DNA of 54,301 bases from IMG/VR virus record IMGVR_UViG_3300033067_001161, positions 1-54,301 of that record; one strand, written 5' to 3'. Source of the stretch: a virus (lineage: Duplodnaviria > Caudoviricetes). Below the pieces are notes generated by a model that did no database searches, was not told the origin of the DNA, and saw only the letters and a list, made by a program, of their open reading frames with translations. The position numbers were made by a program, and so were the translations under genes. Below are positions 1 to 9,891 of this stretch, in pieces (the stretch's first letter is position 1; every line of letters starts with the position of its first letter).

Positions 1-85
1 GCTACTATAGATTTTAGAGCTAAGTATGATATAACAAGTCCGTTGATAAAAGTAAATCATACAATTTTTTATTGGAAGAAGTAAT

Positions 86-1132
86 ATGAAAAAAATATTT
101 ACAGGAACATTTTATCCTCTTGCTATGGGAGAAACTTTAAGTGGTTATGATCATTATAATTATAAACTTCCTTTAGTTGACTATTTCGATATTAAAACTT
201 TTTGTTATAATGTTGAAGGTAAGTATTCTAAAATAGAATATAGAATAGAGAATGATAAGAGAATTCAAATAATAAGATTTAATGAAAGTATGGACGATAT
301 GCTTCATATAAATCAGTTATTTAAATTGTGGAAACCTGATATTTGTAATTTTCATGGTGGAAATTCTGGACAAAAAGGAACAGCACGAAGAATAATTAAT
401 GATTATAAAGGTCAGGGAATAAAATTCGGTTTAGAGTATGGTGGTGGATATGATAAGAATACTATGATGCAACATTACTACAACGAAGATGCAGACTATG
501 TAATATTAAATCACGAATTATGGAGAACATTTTTTCCAGATGATTATCAAAAAAAGATTTACATAACACCAAAACAACAATCTGTTAATTCAGATTTTTT
601 CAAACCATTAGATGTAGAAAAGAAATACGATTTACTTTTTGTCGGTAGAAATGAAAATAAAGGTGCGGAAGAAATATATGAAATGTTCAAGGATAAATCT
701 GATATAAGAGTTTTATTTAAAGGTAATGGATATCCTGATCATTGGAAGAGTGATCATATATTTATAGAACCTGCAGAATATAATCATAAGAAAATGGTTG
801 AAGTTTATAATAGTGCTAAAGTATTTGTTATGGGTAGACCTTCGGTTATGGAGAATCCATTCGCATTACATATGAGAGTAATTGTTGAAGCAATATCTTG
901 CGGATTACCTGTTGTAGCATTTAGAGATAATTTTGATGGTAGTAATTTATTGTATCATAGAAAAAATGCTTTATTAGTCAATACACCAGAAGAATTTGTT
1001 GGGAATGTCCGTTCATTGTTGGGAGATTCATTTTTCTATAGAGATTATAGTGACGAATCAAGAGAAGTTGCTATAGATTGTGATATATCTAAATTTATGC
1101 AATTTTACAAAGATTTGTGGAATAATATATAG
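86..1132 (+). CDS. Glycosyltransferase, GT-B fold (GT4-like)
   Basis: FFKPL..EKKYDLLFVGR..NKG, EVYNSAKVFV, VIVEAISCGLPVVA: C-terminal GT4 nucleotide-sugar binding signature. Confidence 0.88.
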   Translation: MKKIFTGTFYPLAMGETLSGYDHYNYKLPLVDYFDIKTFCYNVEGKYSKIEYRIENDKRIQIIRFNESMDDMLHINQLFKLWKPDICNFHGGNSGQKGTARRIINDYKGQGIKFGLEYGGGYDKNTMMQHYYNEDADYVILNHELWRTFFPDDYQKKIYITPKQQSVNSDFFKPLDVEKKYDLLFVGRNENKGAEEIYEMFKDKSDIRVLFKGNGYPDHWKSDHIFIEPAEYNHKKMVEVYNSAKVFVMGRPSVMENPFALHMRVIVEAISCGLPVVAFRDNFDGSNLLYHRKNALLVNTPEEFVGNVRSLLGDSFFYRDYSDESREVAIDCDISKFMQFYKDLWNNI

Positions 1133-1134
1133 TA

Positions 1135-1163
1135 TTGATTTTTAATATAATAAATATTATATT
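1135..1163 (+). promoter_or_regulatory. Sigma70-like promoter TTGATT-N17-TATATT
   Basis: Intergenic; same geometry as four other copies (29381, 52602, 53580, 53877). Confidence 0.5.
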
Positions 1164-1168
1164 ATTAT

Positions 1169-1453
1169 ATGAAGATAAATAAAACGGCAAAATTTTTCTT
1201 TGATAGTGATGAATATATCAGGGTTGATAGGAACGATTTTGTTTTTGTAATTTCACATGTGGTATATGAATCTATTACGATATCGAAATTTTTTTCACAG
1301 ACTGATATTTGGCAATTTTCTGTTTTAGTGTATAATAAGTTTGATTTTTTGAGTCATATAGAAAAAAATAGATTTGGTGATGAACTTGGTTGGGTGTTGA
1401 CCGATAATATAATATTTTATAAAAACTTAAAATGTGAGATACGTAAAAAATGA
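1169..1453 (+). CDS. Hypothetical protein
   Basis: ORF downstream of promoter, stop overlaps next start (ATGA). Confidence 0.55.
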   Translation: MKINKTAKFFFDSDEYIRVDRNDFVFVISHVVYESITISKFFSQTDIWQFSVLVYNKFDFLSHIEKNRFGDELGWVLTDNIIFYKNLKCEIRKK

Positions 1454-2823
1454 TTAGTGTTATAATACCAGCTTTAGATATTGAAAGTTTACATAAATGT
1501 ATTCATTATATTAATAATAATTCATATTATGTTAGTGAAATTTTAGTTCATATAAATTCGTGTTCAAGAGAAGAATATGATAAATTTAAACTCGAAGTAT
1601 CTGAAAATAAAATTTTAGTAGAATCATCTTTTAGTGTGTATAATTTAGGTATTGCTAAACCTGTAAATATTATGGCTAAAAAAGCAACAGGGCAATATAT
1701 AGTATATTTAAATGATGATGAATTTGTTATGGGTGAGTGGGATATGGAATTACATTCCGCAATTTACACATCCAAATTTCCTTCTATGTTTACAATGAGA
1801 AGAATAGAATCTACAAAGAGGAATGTTGGTAATAAATATTATTCTGGATTATCTTATGATGTAAATTTGGATGATAATTTAATTAGTTCAGAGTTGATAA
1901 AATTAAGTTTAGATAATCCTACATACAGAAAATCCGTAGTTCCTTTTTGTATTGATAGAAAAATATTTTTAGACTTAGGTGGATATGATGAAGGTTATTA
2001 TCCAGGAGCAGGAACAGACCCAGATTTTGGATATACTTTTATTAAGACTTATGGGATAGAAAATCTTAAGTTAGTTCCCACATCGTTAGTTTATCATAAT
2101 GCTAAACAAAGAGCAACGGACAATATAAAAACCATAAAATTAATTAAACCTATAACAAATGAAATGGAATTATTTCAACGAAAGCACGGAATAACTATGG
2201 CAGAATTTGATTCTATGTTGATGGACTGTTCAAATTGTAAATTAGATATATCTCAAATAATAGATGTAGCATTTTCAACATTTAATATAGTTCAGGATAG
2301 AGAAGAAATTACATGGATGGCTGAAAAGGTTAAAGAACTTAGACCTGAAGTTATAGTGGAAATTGGTACTGAACGAGGGGGTTCTATGTTCGTATGGGAT
2401 AGTGTAGGACAACATCCAGGATTAAGAATATGTATAGATATGTGTGATGGTACTACCAAACAGTTTAGAGAAAATGCGTTTAGAAAGGCGGGCACATTAG
2501 ACAATATTCAATTTATTGAAGGAAATTCTCATACTGATGAAGTTTATAATAAATTAGTTGAATTGTTACGTGGTTGTAAAATAGATTATTTATTTATAGA
2601 TGGTGATCATTCCTATGAAGGAGTAAAACAAGATTTTGAAAAGTATTCACCTTTGGTTAGGGATGGTGGATATATAGGATTTCATGATGTGATAGAGTCT
2701 GATGAAAATAAAAGAACTAATACTTTAGTGTTTAAGTTTTGGCAAGAACTTCCTAACGATAAGAAGCAAGAAAAAATAGTAGATGGTAAGGACATTTTTG
2801 GTGTAGGATTGTATCGTAAATAA
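1450..2823 (+). CDS. GT2 glycosyltransferase fused to class I SAM methyltransferase (Methyltransf_24-like)
   Basis: N-term MISVIIP, YIVYLNDD, LGGYDE..Y; C-term VIVEIGTERGGS, YLFIDGDHSYEGVKQDF, GGYIGFHD. Confidence 0.88.
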   Translation: MISVIIPALDIESLHKCIHYINNNSYYVSEILVHINSCSREEYDKFKLEVSENKILVESSFSVYNLGIAKPVNIMAKKATGQYIVYLNDDEFVMGEWDMELHSAIYTSKFPSMFTMRRIESTKRNVGNKYYSGLSYDVNLDDNLISSELIKLSLDNPTYRKSVVPFCIDRKIFLDLGGYDEGYYPGAGTDPDFGYTFIKTYGIENLKLVPTSLVYHNAKQRATDNIKTIKLIKPITNEMELFQRKHGITMAEFDSMLMDCSNCKLDISQIIDVAFSTFNIVQDREEITWMAEKVKELRPEVIVEIGTERGGSMFVWDSVGQHPGLRICIDMCDGTTKQFRENAFRKAGTLDNIQFIEGNSHTDEVYNKLVELLRGCKIDYLFIDGDHSYEGVKQDFEKYSPLVRDGGYIGFHDVIESDENKRTNTLVFKFWQELPNDKKQEKIVDGKDIFGVGLYRK

Positions 2824-2837
2824 TAAACTAAAGTAAT

Positions 2838-3272
2838 ATGAAAAAAGAACGAAGAATAATAGTAAATAAAATTCAATGCAATAGTTGTAAAGATATTATA
2901 GTTAGTAATAATACTCACGATTATAAATCTTGTGAGTGTGGTAATGTGTCTGTTGATGGTGGACATGATTATACTAAACGAGGTTGGTCTGATGGGTACA
3001 CTTATACCGAACTTACAGTATATTCGGATGCACCATTCAAGGTAATTAGAAAAGAATTAAAGTGGGGAACTTATGGTAAAACTGGAACTGCGATTGATGT
3101 TGCATATGTACCTATTTGTGAAATGAGTGACGGACATTTAACTGCTATAATAACAAAAAATATGGGTGCAGAGTGGATTAGAAAATATATGAAACGAGAA
3201 TTGGCATATCGAAAACGAAAAAATATAGTTATCCCTGACAGACAAATAGTTTGTAAGTTGGAGAAAGTATAA
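2838..3272 (+). CDS. Conserved phage Zn-ribbon protein
   Basis: NKIQCNSCKDIIVS..HDYKSCECGNVSVDGG motif common in phage small proteins. Confidence 0.7.
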   Translation: MKKERRIIVNKIQCNSCKDIIVSNNTHDYKSCECGNVSVDGGHDYTKRGWSDGYTYTELTVYSDAPFKVIRKELKWGTYGKTGTAIDVAYVPICEMSDGHLTAIITKNMGAEWIRKYMKRELAYRKRKNIVIPDRQIVCKLEKV

Positions 3273-3595
3273 TGGGTATGTTTTTTACCGAATCTCCTGA
3301 CGGAAATAAATTGTTTTTGGGAGCGCTAAAATATGGTGGTGAATTATATGATATTACTAAATATGTAGACAAACATCCTTTTATGAAAGGTAAGTGGTTA
3401 TTTAAATCTGGTTGTGAAGATATATCTTTAACCGATCTAATAGATGAATCTATCAAGATGAAAAAAATACATAAAGTTCATCCTATATGTAAATTGAAAA
3501 ATAAACCTAAACGCAAGTCATACCGACAATATCAGACTGGCATCTGGTATACTGCTACCTACGAATATTCCCAATCCTTTATTACTGCCTGTTAA
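3272..3595 (+). CDS. Hypothetical protein
   Basis: Translationally coupled (TAATG), GGAG upstream. Confidence 0.6.
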   Translation: MGMFFTESPDGNKLFLGALKYGGELYDITKYVDKHPFMKGKWLFKSGCEDISLTDLIDESIKMKKIHKVHPICKLKNKPKRKSYRQYQTGIWYTATYEYSQSFITAC

Positions 3596-3617
3596 TACAT
3601 CTTTTTAGGAGTTTTGT

Positions 3618-3632
3618 TATATTTATATAAAA
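3618..3632 (+). promoter_or_regulatory. Putative phage late promoter TATATTTATATAAAA
   Basis: Exact 15-mer recurring in intergenic gaps ahead of structural genes. Confidence 0.75.
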
Positions 3633-3652
3633 TATAACTTTTGGAGATTGTA

Positions 3653-4102
3653 ATGGTTGACGATAATACCATAATTAATAGTAGATTATTCAAAAAAGTT
3701 GAAGATGCTGAAACATTTTTTACTATATCTGACTTAATAAAACAAATATATGATGATTTGCGAGAAGATCGAACACGAATAGTTGATCTGTTAGGAAAAG
3801 CTATGAATGATTCTAATGATCTTAAAGAAGCAATTCAAGAATTTAATGAAATATCTCAATTACCTAATATTATGATATTTGGTGATATTCCTAATAAATA
3901 TTTAGCAAATCTTAATGATAATGTCCAATCTCAAATTCAACTACTAAACTCTTTACAAAAACTTCAAGCAAATTGGGTTAAGAGACAGGAAAATAATAAA
4001 GTTAATAGACCATCAAATAAAGATGAAGATGATTGGAATATGAACGATGTTATTGATAATGCTGGTAAGGGTTCGGAATATAAGGATGGAGTTAAAATAT
4101 AA
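3653..4102 (+). CDS. Hypothetical helical protein at head of baseplate operon
   Basis: ATG at 3653 preceded by GGAG (track start 3641 is TTG); follows late motif. Confidence 0.7.
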   Translation: MVDDNTIINSRLFKKVEDAETFFTISDLIKQIYDDLREDRTRIVDLLGKAMNDSNDLKEAIQEFNEISQLPNIMIFGDIPNKYLANLNDNVQSQIQLLNSLQKLQANWVKRQENNKVNRPSNKDEDDWNMNDVIDNAGKGSEYKDGVKI

Positions 4103-4320
4103 TGAGCGAACTTACTAAAGAATCTGCAACTAAGTTATTAGATGAAAAGATAAAAAAATTTACTGAGAAGGTAGACAATTTAGTTATATCATTTAATGAA
4201 GCTCTTTTGGATAGAAAAGAAATATTAGAGATTATCTCTGCTATGGAATCTAAAAAATGGATAACAGATGAAGAAAAGATAAGTGCTATAAAAGTAAAAC
4301 TGGATGATATAAATGGCTGA
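4102..4320 (+). CDS. Hypothetical coiled-coil protein
   Basis: Coupled ORF with GGAG RBS. Confidence 0.6.
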   Translation: MSELTKESATKLLDEKIKKFTEKVDNLVISFNEALLDRKEILEIISAMESKKWITDEEKISAIKVKLDDING

Positions 4321-4912
4321 GTTTAATAAAGAATTGCTGTTTGTAGTTAGACCAATAGAAAAAGAAATAATAAATTACGAAAAGGGGGAGTATTTAGGAA
4401 AGTATTATTTTTCTGATGATTCTAGTTATAAAGGTAAAGATGGACAGCACGTTAGATTCACATTTAATGATTTTTGTGAAGTGATAGAAATATTTCCTTT
4501 AGCTAAACCAACATCATATAGATATGACAATTATTTTCAAAAAAGTTACGGAAAATTTTTACTGGCATCTAAAAATATTTCATCAGCATTTAAAATAAAA
4601 TATCATAATAAGATTAAAGATATTCCTGATAATCCTGATCGTAGTGTAGGAATTTTGATTAATGATTACAATATATTTTATAGTGAGAAATCTCCATATA
4701 AAGTTCAGAACATGGTACTTGGTCAGGAGTTGGTAAATGTGTTGGAAGATATACTTAAAGTTATAGATACTATAAATGCAGATTTATCTAAGCATGTTCA
4801 CACGAATGTTTCGGTCCCGTTAGTTTGGAGAACTGAACAAATAAAGAACCAGTTAGATACTATTAAAAAATATCTACCTAATATCTTATCAGTAACTAAT
4901 TTTGGAAATTAA
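4313..4912 (+). CDS. Putative baseplate spike/hub (gp5-like C-terminal) protein
   Basis: C-terminal MVLGQELVNVLEDIL...KHVHT with the HxH metal-binding motif of spike tips; position upstream of gp25/gp6. Confidence 0.5.
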   Translation: MAEFNKELLFVVRPIEKEIINYEKGEYLGKYYFSDDSSYKGKDGQHVRFTFNDFCEVIEIFPLAKPTSYRYDNYFQKSYGKFLLASKNISSAFKIKYHNKIKDIPDNPDRSVGILINDYNIFYSEKSPYKVQNMVLGQELVNVLEDILKVIDTINADLSKHVHTNVSVPLVWRTEQIKNQLDTIKKYLPNILSVTNFGN

Positions 4913-4914
4913 TT

Positions 4915-5637
4915 ATGAATAGTTGTATAATATATAAATTTACATTTCCAAATGGAAAAACATATATAGGGCAAACTGTACAAAAATTTGATAGAAGAAT
5001 GAATGATTATAAACGAGATTCTAATAATAAAAATAGAAAAGATTATAATAGATTAATAAATAAAGCAATTCGCAAATATGTGTGGGATAATATTAAAAAA
5101 GAAATAATTTTGTATTGTGGGCAAGATCAGGCGGATTATTATGAAAGAGAATTAATTAAATTATATAATTCTACAGATAGAAATTTAGGATATAATTTAG
5201 AATCTGGTGGTCATAAAAATAAAATTGTTTCTGTTGAGACAAAAAGGAAAATGAGTAAAAAAAGAAAATTATGTAGTTTTACTGATGAACATAAAAATAA
5301 TATTAGTAAATCTTTATTGGGAAGAAAATTGTCGAAAGAACATGTAGAAAAGATAAGATTATATAATATTGGAAATAAGAATATGTTAGGAAAAAAACAT
5401 TCAAAAGAAACTATTGAAACTATAAAAAAATCTCTTATTGGTAGAAAACAAACAATTGAAACTAAAAGAAAAAGATATAAATCAATAGATATGTTAGATA
5501 AAAATAGAAATTTTATAAAAACATTTGAATCTATATCTGAAGCATCTAATAAATTAAATATATATCAAGGAAGTATTAGTAATGTGTTAGTGGGAAGAAG
5601 TAAAACTGCTGGTGGATATGTTTGGAGATATGTATAA
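4915..5637 (+). CDS. Free-standing GIY-YIG homing endonuclease with NUMOD3 repeats and NUMOD1 HTH
   Basis: IIYKFTFPNGKTYIGQT, ERELIKLYNST..GYNL..GG; GRKLSKEH, GKKHSKET; C-term FESISEA...SKTAGGYVWRY. Confidence 0.9.
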   Translation: MNSCIIYKFTFPNGKTYIGQTVQKFDRRMNDYKRDSNNKNRKDYNRLINKAIRKYVWDNIKKEIILYCGQDQADYYERELIKLYNSTDRNLGYNLESGGHKNKIVSVETKRKMSKKRKLCSFTDEHKNNISKSLLGRKLSKEHVEKIRLYNIGNKNMLGKKHSKETIETIKKSLIGRKQTIETKRKRYKSIDMLDKNRNFIKTFESISEASNKLNIYQGSISNVLVGRSKTAGGYVWRYV

Positions 5638-6800
5638 TGTTAGTGGAAAGTAGAGCATCATTTGATGCTAAGTATAACAATCTTCGATATATTGGGTTTG
5701 GGCGATATATAAATCCTGTTACCAAAAAATTATATATTTCTAATGGGAGTAAAATATCTCCATATATTAGAAAACAAAATAGATTATCTTATATGAATAA
5801 TGTTAAGAGTACTTTAGACAATGAAACATTTGAAACTATAACTAATTATATAAATAAGGGAAAGATATCATACAAAGAAGAAGTATTATCTGATAGTAGT
5901 GTTCGTGAATATTTTGAAAAGCAAGGATTAGCATCTCCAGATTTCATTCACGCATTTGTTCCCAAAAAAATATATTTATCTAATGGGGATATGAGTATTA
6001 AAATTTCTTTTGATGATAAACGTATGTTATTTGTTTGTAGTAGTGAGTCCGATTTTTATTGTGAATATATAATTAAGAAGCAAACAAAACATTATGTGTG
6101 TCATATGGTGGCACTTAGACTGCCCGATGAACTTATGGGTAGTGAACATATTAGGAAATATATTTATAATATGGTTAATTTTTTTAATAAGTTGGGAGTG
6201 ACATCGTTATATGTTAAATGTGGGCATACTTATGGTGCATATATGTGGAGCAGGTATGGTGTTAACTTTGTGAATTCTAAAGAAAGAAATGAATTTTTAG
6301 AATCTGTAAAAAAACATGTTAATGAAGAAATTATAAATAAAGCAAATGAAAATGAAGAGTTCAATAAAGTTATAAAAAAAGCATATAGTACTATTGTAAA
6401 TACTAAAACTACTTGGGATATTTCATCTATTGTTGTAGAACTTTCAAATTCAACTATACAATATTTAAGACAGAGAGTAGATATAGATTCTTTTTTAGTT
6501 AAGAATAAATTATTTTTAGGTAAGATGTTAATGATAAAGACATCCTTTAATGGAGTTTTAGAATTATTTCCAGATTCTAAATCTTATATTCAATATTATA
6601 AATATAATACATTTAAATCTAAAAAATCTAACTTAACAGAATCTAAAACTGAAATGGATAATGAAGAAGATAAGGAAAATATATTACCTTCACCATATGA
6701 GATATTAAATAAAAAGATGTCGGATGTTAAGGTGTGGAAACAAGATAAGTATGATAAACTCTATGAGCAACAAATAATGGGAAATGAAAGTGGAGAATAA
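5637..6800 (+). CDS. Putative internal head protein with degenerate GNAT-like domain
   Basis: ATG 5637 coupled to previous stop, GGAG upstream; N-term LVES..AK...RYIGFGRY shared with 49064; LPDELMGSEH...KLGVTSLYVKC...GAYMWSRYGV resembles phage GNAT. Confidence 0.5.
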   Translation: MLVESRASFDAKYNNLRYIGFGRYINPVTKKLYISNGSKISPYIRKQNRLSYMNNVKSTLDNETFETITNYINKGKISYKEEVLSDSSVREYFEKQGLASPDFIHAFVPKKIYLSNGDMSIKISFDDKRMLFVCSSESDFYCEYIIKKQTKHYVCHMVALRLPDELMGSEHIRKYIYNMVNFFNKLGVTSLYVKCGHTYGAYMWSRYGVNFVNSKERNEFLESVKKHVNEEIINKANENEEFNKVIKKAYSTIVNTKTTWDISSIVVELSNSTIQYLRQRVDIDSFLVKNKLFLGKMLMIKTSFNGVLELFPDSKSYIQYYKYNTFKSKKSNLTESKTEMDNEEDKENILPSPYEILNKKMSDVKVWKQDKYDKLYEQQIMGNESGE

Positions 6801-7203
6801 AGTATTTGATCAGGATAAGAATGTAGAGTTGCACGAAAAACAACGTGAGACTATTGCTAGAAGTACAGATATTGGAGCTCAAACATTAAAGGTGTTGTCT
6901 ACGTTAATTGAGTTGTTGTCTAGTCTTAGTCCTACCAGTTTACCTACTATTGCAAGTAAGATAGCTGGATTGGCAAATCCAGTTGCTGAAGGAATTAAAC
7001 AAGTGGTTGAGAATAAAATAGACTTGGCAAAGAATAAAATTGAAATACCTACAATTATAAAAAAAGAACAGTTAGATGATTTAGATAAAACCAATCCAAT
7101 TAAGACAGGACTTAATCAACCAGATTTTAATCCAGATTATTCTACAGATTCAGGTCAGAAAAATATAAGTGTTAGTAAAAATATTAGGGGAGGGTTATCC
7201 TAA
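6784..7203 (+). CDS. Hypothetical baseplate-associated protein
   Basis: IGAQTLKVLSTLIELL resembles VLGQELVNVLEDIL of 4313; directly precedes gp25. Confidence 0.5.
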   Translation: MKVENKVFDQDKNVELHEKQRETIARSTDIGAQTLKVLSTLIELLSSLSPTSLPTIASKIAGLANPVAEGIKQVVENKIDLAKNKIEIPTIIKKEQLDDLDKTNPIKTGLNQPDFNPDYSTDSGQKNISVSKNIRGGLS

Positions 7204-7574
7204 TGAAGACAATCCAATTTCCATTAAATAATACTAAAGAGTATTTCGATACTGTGGATGATTATATGTCTGTTGTAAAACAGAATATAAAAAATATGTT
7301 TTTAACTAATCCTGGTGAACGAGTAATTAGAAGAAATAAGATAGGTATTCCTTTAGGTAAAATATTTTTTGAAAATAATAGAGATGAAGCATTAGAAATT
7401 TTGAAATCTAGTTTACAGGATAATATGCGTAGGTATTTTCCATCTATTAAAGTTGATTATGTTATTGAAGTAAATGCGGATGCTAATAAAGATACAAATC
7501 GCATTTCTATAGAAATTAAATTTACAGATACAAATATAAACGTTTCTGACATTTTAGTATTGAATAATAATTAG
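7203..7574 (+). CDS. Baseplate wedge subunit, gp25/GpW-like
   Basis: IQFPL, VKQNIKNMFLTNPGERV, RYFPSIKV. Confidence 0.88.
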   Translation: MKTIQFPLNNTKEYFDTVDDYMSVVKQNIKNMFLTNPGERVIRRNKIGIPLGKIFFENNRDEALEILKSSLQDNMRRYFPSIKVDYVIEVNADANKDTNRISIEIKFTDTNINVSDILVLNNN

Positions 7575-7583
7575 AGAAATTAA

Positions 7584-9377
7584 ATGGAAAAAACAAGACA
7601 AATAAAATACACATCTAGAGATTTTGAATCTTTACGTAAAGATTTGATAGATTATACTAAATTATATTTTCCAAAAAGTTATGGTGATTATACTCCAACA
7701 TCTACAGGTATGATGATGATAGAGTTGATGGCATACTTGGGGGATGTGCTATCATTTTATCAAGATGCCCAATATAATGAATTGATTAATCCTTATGAAT
7801 TGAAAAATGCCATAAGAACATTAAAATTATTTGGTGGTAAATATAAAGCAAAAACTCAATCTAATATAACCGCAACATTATATATATTAGTTCCATCTAA
7901 AGTGGTGTCTGGTGAAATTCAACCAGACGAAGATTATTTACCTATAGTTAAAAAAGGATTGGTAGGTTCAACATCAGACAATAAACAATTTATATCTACA
8001 CAAGATGTAGACTTTAAAGATGTTACAGATAGAGAAATAGCTGTTTATAGTACAGATGATAATGGAACACCAACGTATTATGCTATCAGAAAACCTGTTA
8101 AGATGGTGTCAGGTATTGTAGATGAATATAATTATCAAGTATCTAATCCTGAATCATTTCTAAAAATTAGTTTACCTAGTGATAGAAACGTATTAGAAAT
8201 AATTCATGTTAAAGATAGTGAAGGTGACGATTGGAGAGAAGTAGAATATTTAGCACAAGATGAAATTTTCATTTCAGAACCTAATCAAAATGCTTCTAAA
8301 TATGAAGTTCCTTTATTGTTAAAATCTGAAAAGGTTCAAAAGAGATTTATTGTGGATGTGGATTCTGATGGAGTTAGTACTTTAGTTTTTGGTGATTCTA
8401 AAGGTAGTTTAGATTCTGGAACTATATATCCTAACCCAGCTAGATTTTTAGTTAACAACTTATCTGATAATGTGGGATTTTTTAGTTTTAATAGTAGTTT
8501 AATATTACAGTCTGGTTCTTTGGGATTATCACCTGCTAATACTACATTAACTATTAGATATTTGTATGGTGGGGGAACATCTTACAATATTAGAGTTGGT
8601 GAATTAAATACTATAAATACTAAACAGTTGGTGTTTTCTCAACCATTAGCATCATTAGATAATACCAAATATCAGAACGTGTTAAATTCTATTAGTATAA
8701 CTAACAATGAGCAAGGTAGAGATGCTACCGATGAATTTTCTGTAGATGATCTTAAACAAATAATTCCCATATTTTATTCATCTCAAAAACGTGCAGTTAC
8801 ATTAGAAGATTTTACTGCTATATTATTTAGTTTGCCAGCTAAATTTGGTAACATATATAGAGCAATTGCTGTTAATGATTTGAGTGATAATAAAGCAATT
8901 GGATTGTATATTTTATCTAAAGATGTTAATAAAAACTTGGCAACTACTAGTGTTCAACTTAAAGAAAACGTTAAAGTATTTTTGAAAAAGTTTAAGATGA
9001 TAACTGATAGTATAAATATATATGATGGTGAAATAGTTAATCTTGGATTGCAATATGAAGTTGTTATAAAGGATGGGTACAATGCTGATGAAGTAAAAGA
9101 ACGAATAGATCAAACATTGTATAATTATTTTACTACTAATTCATTTAATTTTGGTGAAAATATATATTTAAGTAAAATAGTAAAAATGATTGATGAAGTT
9201 GAAGGAGTATTAACTGTTACTGATGTTTTAATGAATAATTTAGTGGGTGGAAATTATTCAAATTCATCATTTAATTTTAGAATTAAGAATATAAATAATA
9301 TAATTTCTCCTGGATTTAATCAAATTTTTGAATTAAAATACAAAACTGATATAGTAGGTTACGTAAAAACTTTATAA
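7584..9377 (+). CDS. Baseplate wedge protein, gp6/baseplate J-like
   Basis: YTSRDFESLRKDL, MIELMAYLGDVLSFYQD, LVFGD, QKRAVTLEDF, IDEVEGV. Confidence 0.9.
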   Translation: MEKTRQIKYTSRDFESLRKDLIDYTKLYFPKSYGDYTPTSTGMMMIELMAYLGDVLSFYQDAQYNELINPYELKNAIRTLKLFGGKYKAKTQSNITATLYILVPSKVVSGEIQPDEDYLPIVKKGLVGSTSDNKQFISTQDVDFKDVTDREIAVYSTDDNGTPTYYAIRKPVKMVSGIVDEYNYQVSNPESFLKISLPSDRNVLEIIHVKDSEGDDWREVEYLAQDEIFISEPNQNASKYEVPLLLKSEKVQKRFIVDVDSDGVSTLVFGDSKGSLDSGTIYPNPARFLVNNLSDNVGFFSFNSSLILQSGSLGLSPANTTLTIRYLYGGGTSYNIRVGELNTINTKQLVFSQPLASLDNTKYQNVLNSISITNNEQGRDATDEFSVDDLKQIIPIFYSSQKRAVTLEDFTAILFSLPAKFGNIYRAIAVNDLSDNKAIGLYILSKDVNKNLATTSVQLKENVKVFLKKFKMITDSINIYDGEIVNLGLQYEVVIKDGYNADEVKERIDQTLYNYFTTNSFNFGENIYLSKIVKMIDEVEGVLTVTDVLMNNLVGGNYSNSSFNFRIKNINNIISPGFNQIFELKYKTDIVGYVKTL

Positions 9378-9380
9378 TAT

Positions 9381-9395
9381 TATATTTATATAAAA
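9381..9395 (+). promoter_or_regulatory. Putative late promoter TATATTTATATAAAA
   Basis: Exact motif copy. Confidence 0.75.
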
Positions 9396-9419
9396 ATAAC
9401 AAAATGAAAGGAACTAATT

Positions 9420-9845
9420 ATGCCTGGTATCGAAAATAATGCAGTTGGAAATAAACAAGTTGTAGTTTTAGGAAGTGCTCCTGGTGGAAAATCTGTAGGA
9501 ACAGAGACTGTACTTAGTGATTATGCTGAAAATATCGTATCTTCACCATTATCTGAAACTGTAATTGAAGAGACTGTAATAGAAGAATCTAAAGTAGAAA
9601 CCCCTATTGATGATAATGGTGGGGAAGTTAGTGGGGAAGTTACCGAACAATCTGTAGTTGAAGAAAAAGTAGAAGAACCTGTAATCGAAGAAGAAAAAGT
9701 AGAAGAACCTGTAATCGAAGAATCTTTGTTAGATCAAGTATTGTCATCGGAAGTTGAACCTGAAACTCCATTGTCAGAAGTTCCTTTAGATAAAATAGAT
9801 GTTACAGAACCTGAGAAAAAAACAAGAAAAAAGAAAAATAGTTAA
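9420..9845 (+). CDS. Acidic low-complexity protein with basic C-terminal tail
   Basis: AAGGA RBS; Glu/Val-rich; ends KKTRKKKNS. Confidence 0.7.
   Translation: MPGIENNAVGNKQVVVLGSAPGGKSVGTETVLSDYAENIVSSPLSETVIEETVIEESKVETPIDDNGGEVSGEVTEQSVVEEKVEEPVIEEEKVEEPVIEESLLDQVLSSEVEPETPLSEVPLDKIDVTEPEKKTRKKKNS
9660..9722 (+). repeat. Perfect 30-bp tandem duplication (EEKVEEPVIE x2)
   Basis: gaagaaaaagtagaagaacctgtaatcgaa twice, in frame. Confidence 0.9.
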
Positions 9846-9853
9846 GCAGATTT

Positions 9854-9868
9854 TATATTTATATAAAA
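9854..9868 (+). promoter_or_regulatory. Putative late promoter TATATTTATATAAAA
   Basis: Exact motif copy. Confidence 0.75.
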
Positions 9869-9891
9869 AAAAAGAATTTAGGAGATTATAG

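Noticed and set aside
3653-4102. Terminase small subunit
   Set aside because: Helical and of suitable size, but no recognisable motif and far from terL; left hypothetical.
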